Origin: a virus
Taxonomy: Duplodnaviria > Caudoviricetes
Length of the DNA stretch: 33,696 nt
Reading direction: 5' to 3' (one strand)
IMG/VR virus record: IMGVR_UViG_3300043432_000128
Span: 1 to 33,696 of that record
Shown: piece after piece, positions 1 through 8,130 of the stretch
Layout: each line of letters opens with the position of its first letter
How positions within the stretch are numbered: position 1 is the stretch's first letter
Program-made: the position numbers and the translations under genes
Notes under the pieces: model-generated
Seen by the model: the letters and a program-made list of their open reading frames with translations, nothing else
What the model was told of the DNA's origin: nothing
Database searches by the model: none

Positions 1-153
1 CGGTCAGGTGCTCGATGATCGGCGGCGTCAGCATATCGCCGAAGTTGTTCTTGGCGCTCCACCAGAACGCCCGGATCGCTTTCGATGTTGTCATAGCATT
101 ACCTGGTTTGCGGAATTGTATAGGTGGGTCGACTCGTTCGCGTCGTGGACGCT
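1..153. repeat. Terminal direct repeat, left copy (circular assembly overlap)
   Basis: 1-153 matches 33544-33696 except G127 vs T33670. The repeat cuts through two overlapping genes, as expected for a circular overlap. Confidence 0.95.
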
Positions 154-804
154 GAACGCCACGATCGGCTCCCGGTCGTCGATGAACAGCCGGCGCTGGA
201 ACTGGCGGCCAATGACCAGGTGGCTGTCGTCGTATGCGAACACGAACCCGCGCGCCGGCGCGCCCGGCTGGTAGATCGAGTAGAACGCGGATCCCTTCGT
301 CGCGCTGTACAGGATCGGGCATCGGTACGTCCGCAGCGCCGGGACGTGGAAAATGAACGGCTGGAAGCAAAGGTGCGCGGTCTTCCCCTTCGGCACGTCG
401 GCGAGCGCTTGCTCGATGCGGTCGATGAAGTCGAACGTCAGGATCAGGTCGTCGCTGTCGATCGCGGTCTGTATCTCGTACCTGGGCAGCCCGACGACCG
501 CCTCCCACGGCACGAAGTCGACGTGGTATCGGCCGCCGGCGCTCTTGATCTTCGACTCGTAGCCGGGCTTCACCCACCCGCGCCACCGCGGCTTCACGCC
601 GAACGTGCGGATCCGCGGCGACAACCCCGCGATGCGCTTCGCGTGCGCGGGGTTGCAGCGGACGGCGATGTCGAAGTCGTCGCGGTTTTGCCCCAGCAGC
701 CGCGGCAGGACCATCGCCTGGAAGAACGCCAGCCGCCATTCGAACTTGGGGCTGTCGGTGGGATAGTCGAGCCGGATGATGACGGCGTGCCGGGCGTGCG
801 TCAT
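91..804 (-). CDS. Putative GT-A-fold glycosyltransferase (putative rhamnosyl transferase-like)
   Basis: Start re-called at ATG 804 (MTHARHAVIIRLDY), overlapping the upstream stop as ATGA. Contains WRLAFFQAMVLPRLLGQNRDDF and DXD-like IDSDD motifs typical of this family. Its stop overlaps the pyruvyl transferase start across the circle join. Confidence 0.65.
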   Translation of the reverse strand: MTHARHAVIIRLDYPTDSPKFEWRLAFFQAMVLPRLLGQNRDDFDIAVRCNPAHAKRIAGLSPRIRTFGVKPRWRGWVKPGYESKIKSAGGRYHVDFVPWEAVVGLPRYEIQTAIDSDDLILTFDFIDRIEQALADVPKGKTAHLCFQPFIFHVPALRTYRCPILYSATKGSAFYSIYQPGAPARGFVFAYDDSHLVIGRQFQRRLFIDDREPIVAFSVHDANESTHLYNSANQVML

Positions 805-1016
805 AGGTCGTCCTCGATCACGTTCACCGGCTTGTCGGTGACCTCCACGACGCCGACGCTCGGGTCGTCGTCGTTCGCGTTGCCTTCCTCGAACTGCTTC
901 GTCCCCTCGGCCTCGACGATCCGCTGCGCCTTCGCCCTGGCGCCGGCCTCGTCGTTCGCCTCGAGCACGCCGCGCCAGGTCCGGGTCTGCGTCAGGAATA
1001 CTTCGAACTTCTGCAT
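801..1016 (-). CDS. Small acidic hypothetical protein (DpnD/PcfM-like pattern)
   Basis: 71 aa, MQKFEVFLTQTRTWRGVLEANDEAGARAKA. Fits the gene spacing with an ATGA overlap. Confidence 0.7.
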   Translation of the reverse strand: MQKFEVFLTQTRTWRGVLEANDEAGARAKAQRIVEAEGTKQFEEGNANDDDPSVGVVEVTDKPVNVIEDDL

Positions 1017-1028
1017 ATGGGCGGCGCG

Positions 1029-2015
1029 TTACGCTTGCGGTGCGGCCGCCTGGTTCTCCGACTTCGGATCCTCGCGGAATGACCCGACGTATGTCGAGCG
1101 GTGCGCGGTGGTGCGGAAGAACGTCTTCAGCGTGCACGCGGCGCGGAGGACGCGGATCGTGCGGCCGCAATGCTCGCAATGCCGGAGCTTGTGGATCTCC
1201 GGGACGCACGGGCCGCCGCAGCGGTCGCAGAACGCGTGGTGCTTCCAGTCGGTCGCCTCGAGCTGCGCCCTGGTCGGCTTCGGGCAGTAGGCACAATTGT
1301 CCGCGGCGATGATCGCGCGGCGCTTGGCCTCGCGCTCCGCCTGGGCGATCTTCTCGGCCTCCCTCTCGGAAAGCCAGGCGAACGCGACGGCCTCGGCCGG
1401 GGTGTCGGCGCTGATCGTTTCCTCGGTGCACAGCGTGCTCCGATCGGATCCGCCGCCGATCCAGCCGCGGCCGCTGCTGAACCCGCCGTAGCGGTATTCG
1501 ACCGACTCATACGCCTCTCCCCGGAAGCCGATCCTGGTCGCCGGCCGGACGCGGACGTTTTGCAGGGTGAGCACGCGCCTGGCGTACTGCATCGTTTCGT
1601 GGACCTGGGGCGCGTCGTAGCAGCAGGGCGGCTCCCCGGCGGCCGGGTGCTCTCCCCGATCTTCGGGCCGCGCAACCAGCAGCGCGAACTGTTCCGTTTC
1701 CTCCCCGATAACCGGCGACTCCGACCAGGCGATCGGCCGAACGAACGGCGCGCCGGGCACCGCCTGGATCTTCCCGCGGACGATCCTCGCCCCCTTCGGG
1801 ACGCGGACCCACGCGAGCTGCGTCGTGTGCTTCGGGAAGCCGGCGTCGCGCATCCGGGCGCACGTGAGGATCGACGGCACGGGGAGCAGCGGCGCGCCCG
1901 ACGGCCTGACGCCGGCGGCGGTGTACACGTTCCTGTCGTCCGTTCCCTTGCTCCCCGCGGCGATCGGTGCCGCGGCCTTCTTGCCGGAACGTACCGGCGG
2001 TTTGATCTCTGGCAT
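1029..2015 (-). CDS. Hypothetical protein with C-terminal Cys-rich zinc-binding region
   Basis: Start re-called at ATG 2015 (MPEIKPP), in the CACGACCATG context. C-terminal CAYC, CDRC and CEHC motifs follow a coiled segment. Confidence 0.75.
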   Translation of the reverse strand: MPEIKPPVRSGKKAAAPIAAGSKGTDDRNVYTAAGVRPSGAPLLPVPSILTCARMRDAGFPKHTTQLAWVRVPKGARIVRGKIQAVPGAPFVRPIAWSESPVIGEETEQFALLVARPEDRGEHPAAGEPPCCYDAPQVHETMQYARRVLTLQNVRVRPATRIGFRGEAYESVEYRYGGFSSGRGWIGGGSDRSTLCTEETISADTPAEAVAFAWLSEREAEKIAQAEREAKRRAIIAADNCAYCPKPTRAQLEATDWKHHAFCDRCGGPCVPEIHKLRHCEHCGRTIRVLRAACTLKTFFRTTAHRSTYVGSFREDPKSENQAAAPQA

Positions 2016-2026
2016 GGTCGTGGTGG

Positions 2027-2245
2027 TTATCGGCCGCCCTCCTTGGCCGCGCGCCGGCGCTCTCGGCACGGCTTGCATCGGCGCGGCAGGGTCATGCCGT
2101 TGTTTTGGAAGAAGTCGCGCTCCCCGGCCGTGATCGTGAACGGCTGGCCGCATCCCTGCTCGGCGCACGTCGCGTTGACCACGACTTCGTGGCGCCCTCC
2201 GTCGTTCCTGTCGTCGTCCCGGTCTTCGAACTGATCGCGTCGCAT
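2027..2245 (-). CDS. Zinc-ribbon protein (zf-trcl-like)
   Basis: CAEQGCGQPFTITAGERDFFQNNGMTLPRRCKPCR matches the CxxC..F.....E..FF...G...P.RC..CR pattern. Confidence 0.85.
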   Translation of the reverse strand: MRRDQFEDRDDDRNDGGRHEVVVNATCAEQGCGQPFTITAGERDFFQNNGMTLPRRCKPCRERRRAAKEGGR

Positions 2246-2261
2246 ATCGTTTGGGTGGTGG

Positions 2262-3620
2262 TTAGCCGAGGGAGTCCAGGACGCCCTCGATCGTGATCAC
2301 GGGGCCGTTCCAGGTGAACGGCTTCCCGTTGCGGACAAGCTCCGCGTTCTTCGTGTGCCCGACGTACCGGGCGATCATCGCGTCGACGTATCCCGGCGCC
2401 AGCTCGGAAATGCGCGCCCGGCGGCCGGTGCGCTCGCACGCGATCAGCGTCGATCCTCCCCCGCCGAACAGGTCGAGGACGATGTCGCCGCGGTTGCTGC
2501 TGTTGGCGATCGCCTTCGCCACCAGCTCGACCGGCTTCTGCGTCGGGTGGATCGGGTTCCGGCTCGGCCGGGTGAACACCCAGGCGTCGCCCTCGTCGCG
2601 TCCGCCGTTCCACCGGCGATCGACTCCCCCGGGCCATCCGTACAGGATCGGCTCGGCCTTCGCGGTGCGGACCTTCCCGACCTTGCCGACGAGGATCGGC
2701 TCGCTCTGCCGCTGGTAGTCGGATCTCCCCAGCGTGAAGCGGTCCTTGATCCACAGCACGGTCGTCGACCAATGGAACCCCGCGGCGATGAACGCGGCCT
2801 GGAGCGACGGCCACTCCTTGCAGCTCATGCAGATATATACCGCGCCGGCGGTGTTCTCCCGGATCCGCTCGAGGAACGCCGTCACGAAACCGCTCCACGC
2901 GCCGGCGTCCATTTTGTCGTTGGCGATCTTCTCATGCTTGCCCCACTTCTTGTTGCCGTGGTTCCCGTAGTCGACGTTGTACGGCGGATCCGTGAACGTC
3001 ATCTGCGCGACCTCCATCGTCTGCTCCCCCGGGATAGCGAGCAGCGCGGCCAGGGTCTCCTTCGCGGTGCTGTCGCCGCACACGAGCCGGTGATCTCCCA
3101 GCTGCCAAACGTCGCCGAGGACGCTGATGTGCTTCTTCTCCCCCGCGATCTCGTCGACCTGGTCTTCCTCGCTCTTGCCGTCCTGGTCTCCCCCGGCCCC
3201 GTATTCGTCGAACACCTGGTCGAGCTGGTCGCTCGGCATCGCGTGCTCGAACGCCAGCGGGTCTTCGTTGATCAGCTCCCCCAGGAGGCCGCGGTCGAAC
3301 TCCCCGTGGTGGCTGTTGTCCTTCACGTTCCACGCCTTCTCGGTGCGCGCGTCGACGCTCACCTCGACGACGGGGACGGTCTTCCACTCCAGCTCCTTCG
3401 CGGCGAGCAGCCGCATATGGCCGCCGATGACGATCCCGCGGCGCGTCGGGTTCACGTTGACGATGATCGGGCGGACGGCCAGGAACTCCGGGTCGGCCGC
3501 CATGCCGCGCTTCAGGTCCTCGAGGCGGCTCTTGCTGATGCGGCGCGGGTTGTAGTCGGCGAGCACCAGGTCCTCGGTCTTCCACTCCGCGATCTTCGGC
3601 TTTGGCTTTTGGTCGGTCAT
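2262..3620 (-). CDS. ParB-like N-terminal domain fused to an N6A/N4C DNA methyltransferase
   Basis: N-terminal YNPRRI..PIIVN..IGGHMRLLAA (ParB/Srx). Then GDVWQLGDHRLVCGDST, catalytic DPPY, HPTQKP and SAM-binding LDLFGGGGST (beta-class motif order). Confidence 0.92.
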   Translation of the reverse strand: MTDQKPKPKIAEWKTEDLVLADYNPRRISKSRLEDLKRGMAADPEFLAVRPIIVNVNPTRRGIVIGGHMRLLAAKELEWKTVPVVEVSVDARTEKAWNVKDNSHHGEFDRGLLGELINEDPLAFEHAMPSDQLDQVFDEYGAGGDQDGKSEEDQVDEIAGEKKHISVLGDVWQLGDHRLVCGDSTAKETLAALLAIPGEQTMEVAQMTFTDPPYNVDYGNHGNKKWGKHEKIANDKMDAGAWSGFVTAFLERIRENTAGAVYICMSCKEWPSLQAAFIAAGFHWSTTVLWIKDRFTLGRSDYQRQSEPILVGKVGKVRTAKAEPILYGWPGGVDRRWNGGRDEGDAWVFTRPSRNPIHPTQKPVELVAKAIANSSNRGDIVLDLFGGGGSTLIACERTGRRARISELAPGYVDAMIARYVGHTKNAELVRNGKPFTWNGPVITIEGVLDSLG

Positions 3621-3958
3621 GGCTTCGGTTCGTTATCCGGGCACTCGGGGGAGCGGCACTCGATGCCGTTCGCCGCGTGCGCCTCGGTCTTGTCGTAAAT
3701 GACGGCGTAGATCATCCCGACCGGCACCGCGTACAGGGTCTCCCCTTCGTGCTCGATCTCGACGCCGGCGGCCGTGCGGTAGTACACCAGATCGCCGGGG
3801 ATCGCGCTCACCTGGTCGACGATGTCCGCCGCGATCGCGCGGATCTCCCCCACGTCGATGCGCGCCATCGCGGCGCCGGGGAGGACGATGCCGCTCGAGG
3901 TCTCCGCGGTCTTGGGCTTCGGGGCGATGATGACGTTGCCGCCTGTTGGTCTCAGCAT
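3617..3958 (-). CDS. groES: Co-chaperonin GroES (Cpn10) homolog
   Basis: MLRPTGGNVII..ETSSGIVLP (mobile loop)..GDLVYY...GVEIEHEGE...IYAVI follows the GroES pattern. Extra C-terminal Cys-containing tail. Confidence 0.85.
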   Translation of the reverse strand: MLRPTGGNVIIAPKPKTAETSSGIVLPGAAMARIDVGEIRAIAADIVDQVSAIPGDLVYYRTAAGVEIEHEGETLYAVPVGMIYAVIYDKTEAHAANGIECRSPECPDNEPKP

Positions 3959-4251
3959 AGGGTTTTGTTCGCGTGCCGCTTCCTGTTCGCGGCAGCAGCC
4001 ATTTTTTTAAGTCGATCGAGCCGGCCGTCGCTTTTCATGTGGCACCTCCGGCAGCGCCACTTCCAGTCGGCGATGTCGCGGAGGTACCGACCGCTTTCAT
4101 TGCAGATCTCGAGCGGCGCGTTCTCCCCGCAGTCCGGGCACGCGGTCGGCTTGGGAACGTGGCGACGCGCCCATTGATGCAGCCCCTTGTAACTCACTCG
4201 GTCGCCCTTCCATTGCGGGTTTTTGCTCTCGATGTTGCAGCGCTTCCCCAT
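3952..4251 (-). CDS. HNH-like zinc-binding endonuclease domain protein
   Basis: NPQWKGDRVSYKGLHQW...CPDC...N.SG.Y.RD..DW.W.CRRCH pattern. Confidence 0.7.
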   Translation of the reverse strand: MGKRCNIESKNPQWKGDRVSYKGLHQWARRHVPKPTACPDCGENAPLEICNESGRYLRDIADWKWRCRRCHMKSDGRLDRLKKMAAAANRKRHANKTLC

Positions 4252-4252
4252 G

Positions 4253-4987
4253 TTATTTTTCGATCAGCGGACCTTTGCACCCTGGGCACTTCACGTCCAT
4301 GATGTCGACGTCAGCGGCGATCGTGCACTCTCGATCGCAATCGATGCATGTCGCCTTCCGGCCGCGGTCCGAAGGGACCGGGGGAGCAGCGTCGAAGCCG
4401 TCGTCTTCCGGCTTCCGCTTGGCGCGTGATGCGCCGGGGGAGCCGCCGTTGCGGTACTTGGCGACGACGTTCGACGCGCCCTGCTGGGACAGCGCCGCCT
4501 CGGACGCGATCTCGCGGTAGGAAAGGCCGGCGTTCCAGCCCTCGAGGATCTTGCGGTCGCGGTCCTGGATGCCGTCCGGGATCTCGATCGGGATCCGCTC
4601 CGCCTTCGCCGCCTTGGCGGCCGGGGGAGAAGCGGGGGAGCGGTGCGTCGGGGGAGCGATGTCGCGGCGTTCGATGACGTGCGGCTTGATGCCGGCGCGC
4701 TCCAGGGTTTCGGGGGAGACCGATACGTGCGTCAGCTCGATGCCCGTCGTGCGGTCGGGGGAGAAGCGGTCGACGATCTTGCCCAGGTCCTTGGCGACGC
4801 CCTCGAGCAGCTTGCGGTCCTCGTCGTGCCTGGTGAACGCGTCGCGGATCTGTGCGACGGCGCCGGCGAGGTTCGCGGCGTTCACGGGCGGGATGTCTTC
4901 GCGGCCGATCACCACGTCCTCGCGGACGTCGCCGGTTGCCTTCCGGCGTTTCTTGTACGGTCCGCGCTTTTTGGTCGTGGGCTTCAT
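4253..4987 (-). CDS. HTH and zinc-ribbon protein, putative transcription regulator
   Basis: Start re-called at ATG 4987 (MKPTTKK). RDRKILEGWNAGLSYREIASEAALSQQGASNVV is a sigma-r4/LuxR-like HTH. C-terminal CIDC and CPGC. Confidence 0.7.
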   Translation of the reverse strand: MKPTTKKRGPYKKRRKATGDVREDVVIGREDIPPVNAANLAGAVAQIRDAFTRHDEDRKLLEGVAKDLGKIVDRFSPDRTTGIELTHVSVSPETLERAGIKPHVIERRDIAPPTHRSPASPPAAKAAKAERIPIEIPDGIQDRDRKILEGWNAGLSYREIASEAALSQQGASNVVAKYRNGGSPGASRAKRKPEDDGFDAAPPVPSDRGRKATCIDCDRECTIAADVDIMDVKCPGCKGPLIEK

Positions 4988-5427
4988 GCGAGGCGGGTTA
5001 CGCGGATGATGATCCGCTGCTGGTGGTAATGCTTCACCTTCTCGCTCCGGGCGTGAAGGTCGAGGTGGTCTTCGTCGTCCATCGGCACCGGGCCGCTCTT
5101 GGTCATCTTCTCGGGGAGGATGCGGAGCGCCAGGCCGTCGACAATCGCTTTCGTGCAGCCGTACAGGTTGTCCCGGTCCGGGGGCTGTACCGCGAGGTTC
5201 AGGATCTCGACGCGTGCGCGCTGCATCCGGGGGATCCCGGCCTCGAGCGCTGACTGCCACGCGGCGTTCTTGAAGTTGCGGATCCACCACGATTTCGTCA
5301 GCGGGTGGATGCGGCTATTCGGTCCGGGCGGCATGCGCCTGGTCTCGGGCGCGTTGCGGCGGAACCGGGTGATCGGACGGATCGTGATCGTCCACTCGCC
5401 CGGGGTCGGGTTCTTGATGTCCTGCAT
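4984..5427 (-). CDS. rusA: RusA-family Holliday junction resolvase
   Basis: PDRDNL..TKAIVDGL...DD catalytic signature. Confidence 0.8.
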   Translation of the reverse strand: MQDIKNPTPGEWTITIRPITRFRRNAPETRRMPPGPNSRIHPLTKSWWIRNFKNAAWQSALEAGIPRMQRARVEILNLAVQPPDRDNLYGCTKAIVDGLALRILPEKMTKSGPVPMDDEDHLDLHARSEKVKHYHQQRIIIRVTRLA

Positions 5428-5432
5428 ATCGG

Positions 5433-5987
5433 CTACGGCCGTCGCTTTTTGAGGTGGTCGCCGATCTTGCTCCAGCCGCCCGATCGTCGTCCGTACGTCC
5501 TGGGGATAATTTTATCCCCCGTCCGTTTAATCGTTTCTTCCTTCTCGTTTACGTTCCTAATCGTTAGGGTCCCATTTTTGGGACTGGTTACCCGTCCCAC
5601 TTTTGGGACTGGTACCCGTCCCACTTTTGGGACTGGATGTGGATTACTTCCGGCCAGGTTATCCCCAGCCGGCGCGATCCGCTCCGCCATCCCCGCCGCG
5701 TTCTCGGTGTCGTACCAGGTGATGTCGTAGACGTTCGGCCGGCCCGGCACGCGGTGAACGGTCAGCCGGCCGGCGGCCTCCATCGCCTTCACCTGGCGGA
5801 AGATCTTCTTGCGTTCCCAGCCGAGCGCCGCGGTGATCGTCGCCTCCCCGGGGAAGGCGCTGTTCTTGGCGATCGCGTGCAGCTTCAGGAACGCGTAGAA
5901 CCGCAGCTCGTCGCCATCGCAAAGCCGGATCAGCCGGAAGCTGATCACGTCGTACTTGCCTTGGAGGTGGCGGATCGTGCCGCGCAT
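5433..5987 (-). CDS. Phage replication initiator with N-terminal winged HTH
   Basis: FYAFLK....AFPG..TI...LGW....I......E..G.L...R..GRPNVY is the phage initiator wHTH pattern. Internal repeats resemble lambda O ori organisation. Confidence 0.75.
   Translation of the reverse strand: MRGTIRHLQGKYDVISFRLIRLCDGDELRFYAFLKLHAIAKNSAFPGEATITAALGWERKKIFRQVKAMEAAGRLTVHRVPGRPNVYDITWYDTENAAGMAERIAPAGDNLAGSNPHPVPKVGRVPVPKVGRVTSPKNGTLTIRNVNEKEETIKRTGDKIIPRTYGRRSGGWSKIGDHLKKRRP
5505..5637. repeat. Putative replication origin: three palindromic iterons plus AT-rich tract
   Basis: GTCCCA-YTTT-TGGGAC at 5569-5584, 5594-5609 and 5618-5633 (25 and 24 bp spacing), next to an AT-rich stretch at about 5505-5566. 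Confidence 0.7.
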
Positions 5988-6002
5988 GGTCGTGCGTCGC
6001 GT

Positions 6003-6263
6003 TTACTTTTTCGATGCCTTCGCCTTCTTGGTCTTCGCCGGCTTCGCGGCGGCCGGGCGTGCGGTCTTCGCGCGCGACTTCTTGATGCGGACGACCTCGC
6101 TCTCCGGGACGAACCACAGCGTCTTCTTGCCGGCGGTGACCGCGCGGCCCTTGATCCTGCCGTCCTTCAGCATCGTCTGAAGCGTCCGGCGCGGCACGCC
6201 GAGCAGCTCCGCGGCCTCGAGCGTTCCGATCTCCTTCCTCGTCCTCGTCTTCTTCGAACTCAT
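6003..6263 (-). CDS. Helix-turn-helix DNA-binding protein (HTH_17/excisionase-like)
   Basis: TLEAAELLGVPRRTLQTMLKDGRIKG....WFVPESEV with a Lys/Ala-rich tail. Confidence 0.85.
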   Translation of the reverse strand: MSSKKTRTRKEIGTLEAAELLGVPRRTLQTMLKDGRIKGRAVTAGKKTLWFVPESEVVRIKKSRAKTARPAAAKPAKTKKAKASKK

Positions 6264-6301
6264 CGTGGTGTCGTGTGTTCGCGGTTAGATCCCGCGCTCC
6301 C

Positions 6302-6350
6302 CGCATCGTATCACACCGGCGGCGCGTAGCGTTGCCCTGCTTGTGGACAA
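6302..6350 (-). promoter_or_regulatory. Putative promoter: TTGTCCACAA box, shared GC box, extended -10 TGaTACGAT
   Basis: Same architecture and 30-nt spacing as the element at 10104-10152. Lies upstream of the HTH/initiator genes. Confidence 0.6.
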
Positions 6351-6387
6351 ATGCGAAAGCCGCCCGGTGATCGGGCGGCTGTCGTCG

Positions 6388-6618
6388 TCACTTCGTCGTG
6401 GCCCACAGGGCGAGAAGGCACAGCGCGGTGCCGATCTCGATCGTGGCGGCGACGGCCGTCCCGATCGTGCGCGCGGCGTTCGCAACGCCCGGCGGCGCGG
6501 TGTCGAGCTGGCGTTCCACGTCCTCGCGCTGCTGGCGCTGTTCGCCCGGCTTCGCGGTGATCGTGACGATCGCGCCGATCGTGTGGATCAGCGCGAGGGT
6601 GAAAGCGATCCATGCCAT
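6388..6618 (-). CDS. Small membrane protein (two hydrophobic segments)
   Basis: MAWIAFTLALIHTIGAIVTI and IGTALCLLALW. Confidence 0.6.
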   Translation of the reverse strand: MAWIAFTLALIHTIGAIVTITAKPGEQRQQREDVERQLDTAPPGVANAARTIGTAVAATIEIGTALCLLALWATTK

Positions 6619-6630
6619 ACGGTGTCGATG

Positions 6631-6936
6631 TTATTCCCGGCCGGCGTGCCACGGGACGGTTCCGGCCGGCGGCGTAGTCGCCGGCGTCGGCCTCGGTTTG
6701 TCGATCGCCTTCATCGCCGCGGCGACCTCGCGCACGCTGGGCATGGCGATCATCTCGGCCGCGCTCCCCGTGATGCGGTCGGTGCCGTCGCCGGCGGCGG
6801 TGAAGACGCGGTCCTGGTAGAACGTCCACCACACCTGGACGGCGACGGCTCGCGGATCCGCGGCGAACTCCGGCGCCATCCGCTCGCGGACGTGGCGCAC
6901 CTTGCCGGCGAGCGTTCGGGTTTCGATCCTGGTCAT
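6631..6936 (-). CDS. Hypothetical protein
   Basis: 101 aa, ATGA overlap with the upstream gene. Confidence 0.65.
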   Translation of the reverse strand: MTRIETRTLAGKVRHVRERMAPEFAADPRAVAVQVWWTFYQDRVFTAAGDGTDRITGSAAEMIAMPSVREVAAAMKAIDKPRPTPATTPPAGTVPWHAGRE

Positions 6937-7139
6937 GCGGCGAGAAGGTCAAAGCCCGGACGCACCGCGATGCGTCGGCCGTTTTTCAGGTGGATGACGA
7001 GCGTGCAGCTCTCGGCGCCGAGCTGGTCCTGGATCTTCAGCAGCTCGGCCTTGATCCGTTCGCCGCGGAACTCGCACGCGGCGCACCAGCGCTGGCCGGC
7101 GCGCGTCGCGCCGACCGGCTGGCCGCAATGGCACGTCAT
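6933..7139 (-). CDS. Small Cys-rich hypothetical protein
   Basis: Start re-called at 7139 (MTCHCGQP..WCAAC). ATGA overlaps at both ends. Confidence 0.65.
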   Translation of the reverse strand: MTCHCGQPVGATRAGQRWCAACEFRGERIKAELLKIQDQLGAESCTLVIHLKNGRRIAVRPGFDLLAA

Positions 7140-7375
7140 ACGAAGCCGCGGATCTCCTTCGCCGCCTCCAGCTCGGCGCGGTACCGCTCGATCTCGGAAA
7201 GGCGGATCGCGTAGCGCTTCGCCTTGCCGGTGGTGCACACGTTGACCGCGGCGATCGTGCCGACGCTGATCAGCCGGCGGAGGGTCTTCGTCCCGAGGGG
7301 AAGGTGCCCGTCCGGCTTCACGCGCGCGATCGGGATCAACGGGTCGGTGCTCTTGGGTGGGATCTCTTGGGTCAT
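7136..7375 (-). CDS. Small HTH/excisionase-like DNA-binding protein
   Basis: Start re-called at 7375 (MTQEIPPK). GTKTLRRLISVGTIAA...YAIRLSEIERY. Confidence 0.65.
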   Translation of the reverse strand: MTQEIPPKSTDPLIPIARVKPDGHLPLGTKTLRRLISVGTIAAVNVCTTGKAKRYAIRLSEIERYRAELEAAKEIRGFV

Positions 7376-8130
7376 ACGGATTTTCCGATGCGCTGCTGGT
7401 AATGGTGCAGCCAATGGTCGACGGTGTGGCGGACGTCCTCGTCGGTGTCCTGCTTCTGAAGCCAGAACAGATAGCTGAGGTCGTCGCGCGCGACGTCGGC
7501 CCACGTCTTGCCCTTGTGCTTCCCGAACGCGACGACGTGGAGCAGCGACGGCTCGCGGCTGATCTTCTGCATCCACTCGTCGATCGCCTGGTCGTCGCGC
7601 TCGAGCTGCTCCCCCGTCGGATCCGGCGCGAGGCCGAGGTGCAGCCGGGCCTCGGCCGTCAACACGCCGAACACCTGCTCGAGCACCAGGACGTCGGCGC
7701 GCGCGTCGTGCGCGTTGCCGGCGTCGATCTCGATCCCCATCGCGTAGCGGAGGTACTGGAGCGTGTGCTGCGCGAACTCCGGCCGCAGCCGGCGCGCGAT
7801 CTTCAGCGTGTCGATCCACCGCGGGACCTCCACGCCCTCGCGCTTCAGCACCGCGATGTCGAACGGCGCGTTGTGCGCGACCGCGATGACGTCCGGGTGC
7901 AGAAACTGCTCGGCCACGCGCTCGCGGAACGTCCCCTCGAACGGCGGCCGGCCGGCGACGGCCTTCTCGGTGATGTGGTGGATCGCCATCGCCTCGAACG
8001 TGATCGGCACGGGCGGCTTGAACGTGTCGACCAGGAACTCGTCCGGCTCCGGCCCCTTCAGCGCGATCTGCACCAGGCGGCCGTCGACCGCGGCCGTGGT
8101 CTCGGTGTCGAAGAAGACGAAGCGGTTCAT
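7372..8130 (-). CDS. DEDDh 3'-5' exonuclease (ExoX/DnaQ-like) with C-terminal FGKHKG domain
   Basis: Start re-called at 8130. Motifs FDTETT, AHNAPFD, WIDTL and HDARAD. C-terminal FGKHKGKTWADV...SYLFWL. Confidence 0.9.
   Translation of the reverse strand: MNRFVFFDTETTAAVDGRLVQIALKGPEPDEFLVDTFKPPVPITFEAMAIHHITEKAVAGRPPFEGTFRERVAEQFLHPDVIAVAHNAPFDIAVLKREGVEVPRWIDTLKIARRLRPEFAQHTLQYLRYAMGIEIDAGNAHDARADVLVLEQVFGVLTAEARLHLGLAPDPTGEQLERDDQAIDEWMQKISREPSLLHVVAFGKHKGKTWADVARDDLSYLFWLQKQDTDEDVRHTVDHWLHHYQQRIGKSV

Noticed and set aside
1-153. Biological direct terminal repeat of the packaged genome
   Set aside because: It falls mid-gene and is most simply an assembly overlap. True termini cannot be determined without read data.
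5569-5637. Palindromic repeats as a mini-CRISPR array
   Set aside because: Spacers are only 8-9 nt and nearly identical, the repeats lie inside a CDS, and there are no cas genes. An iteron interpretation fits better.
6003-7375. Excisionase-like HTH genes as proof of a prophage lifestyle
   Set aside because: This HTH class is common as a general regulator. No tyrosine or serine recombinase was recognised, and the contig is circular without host flanks.
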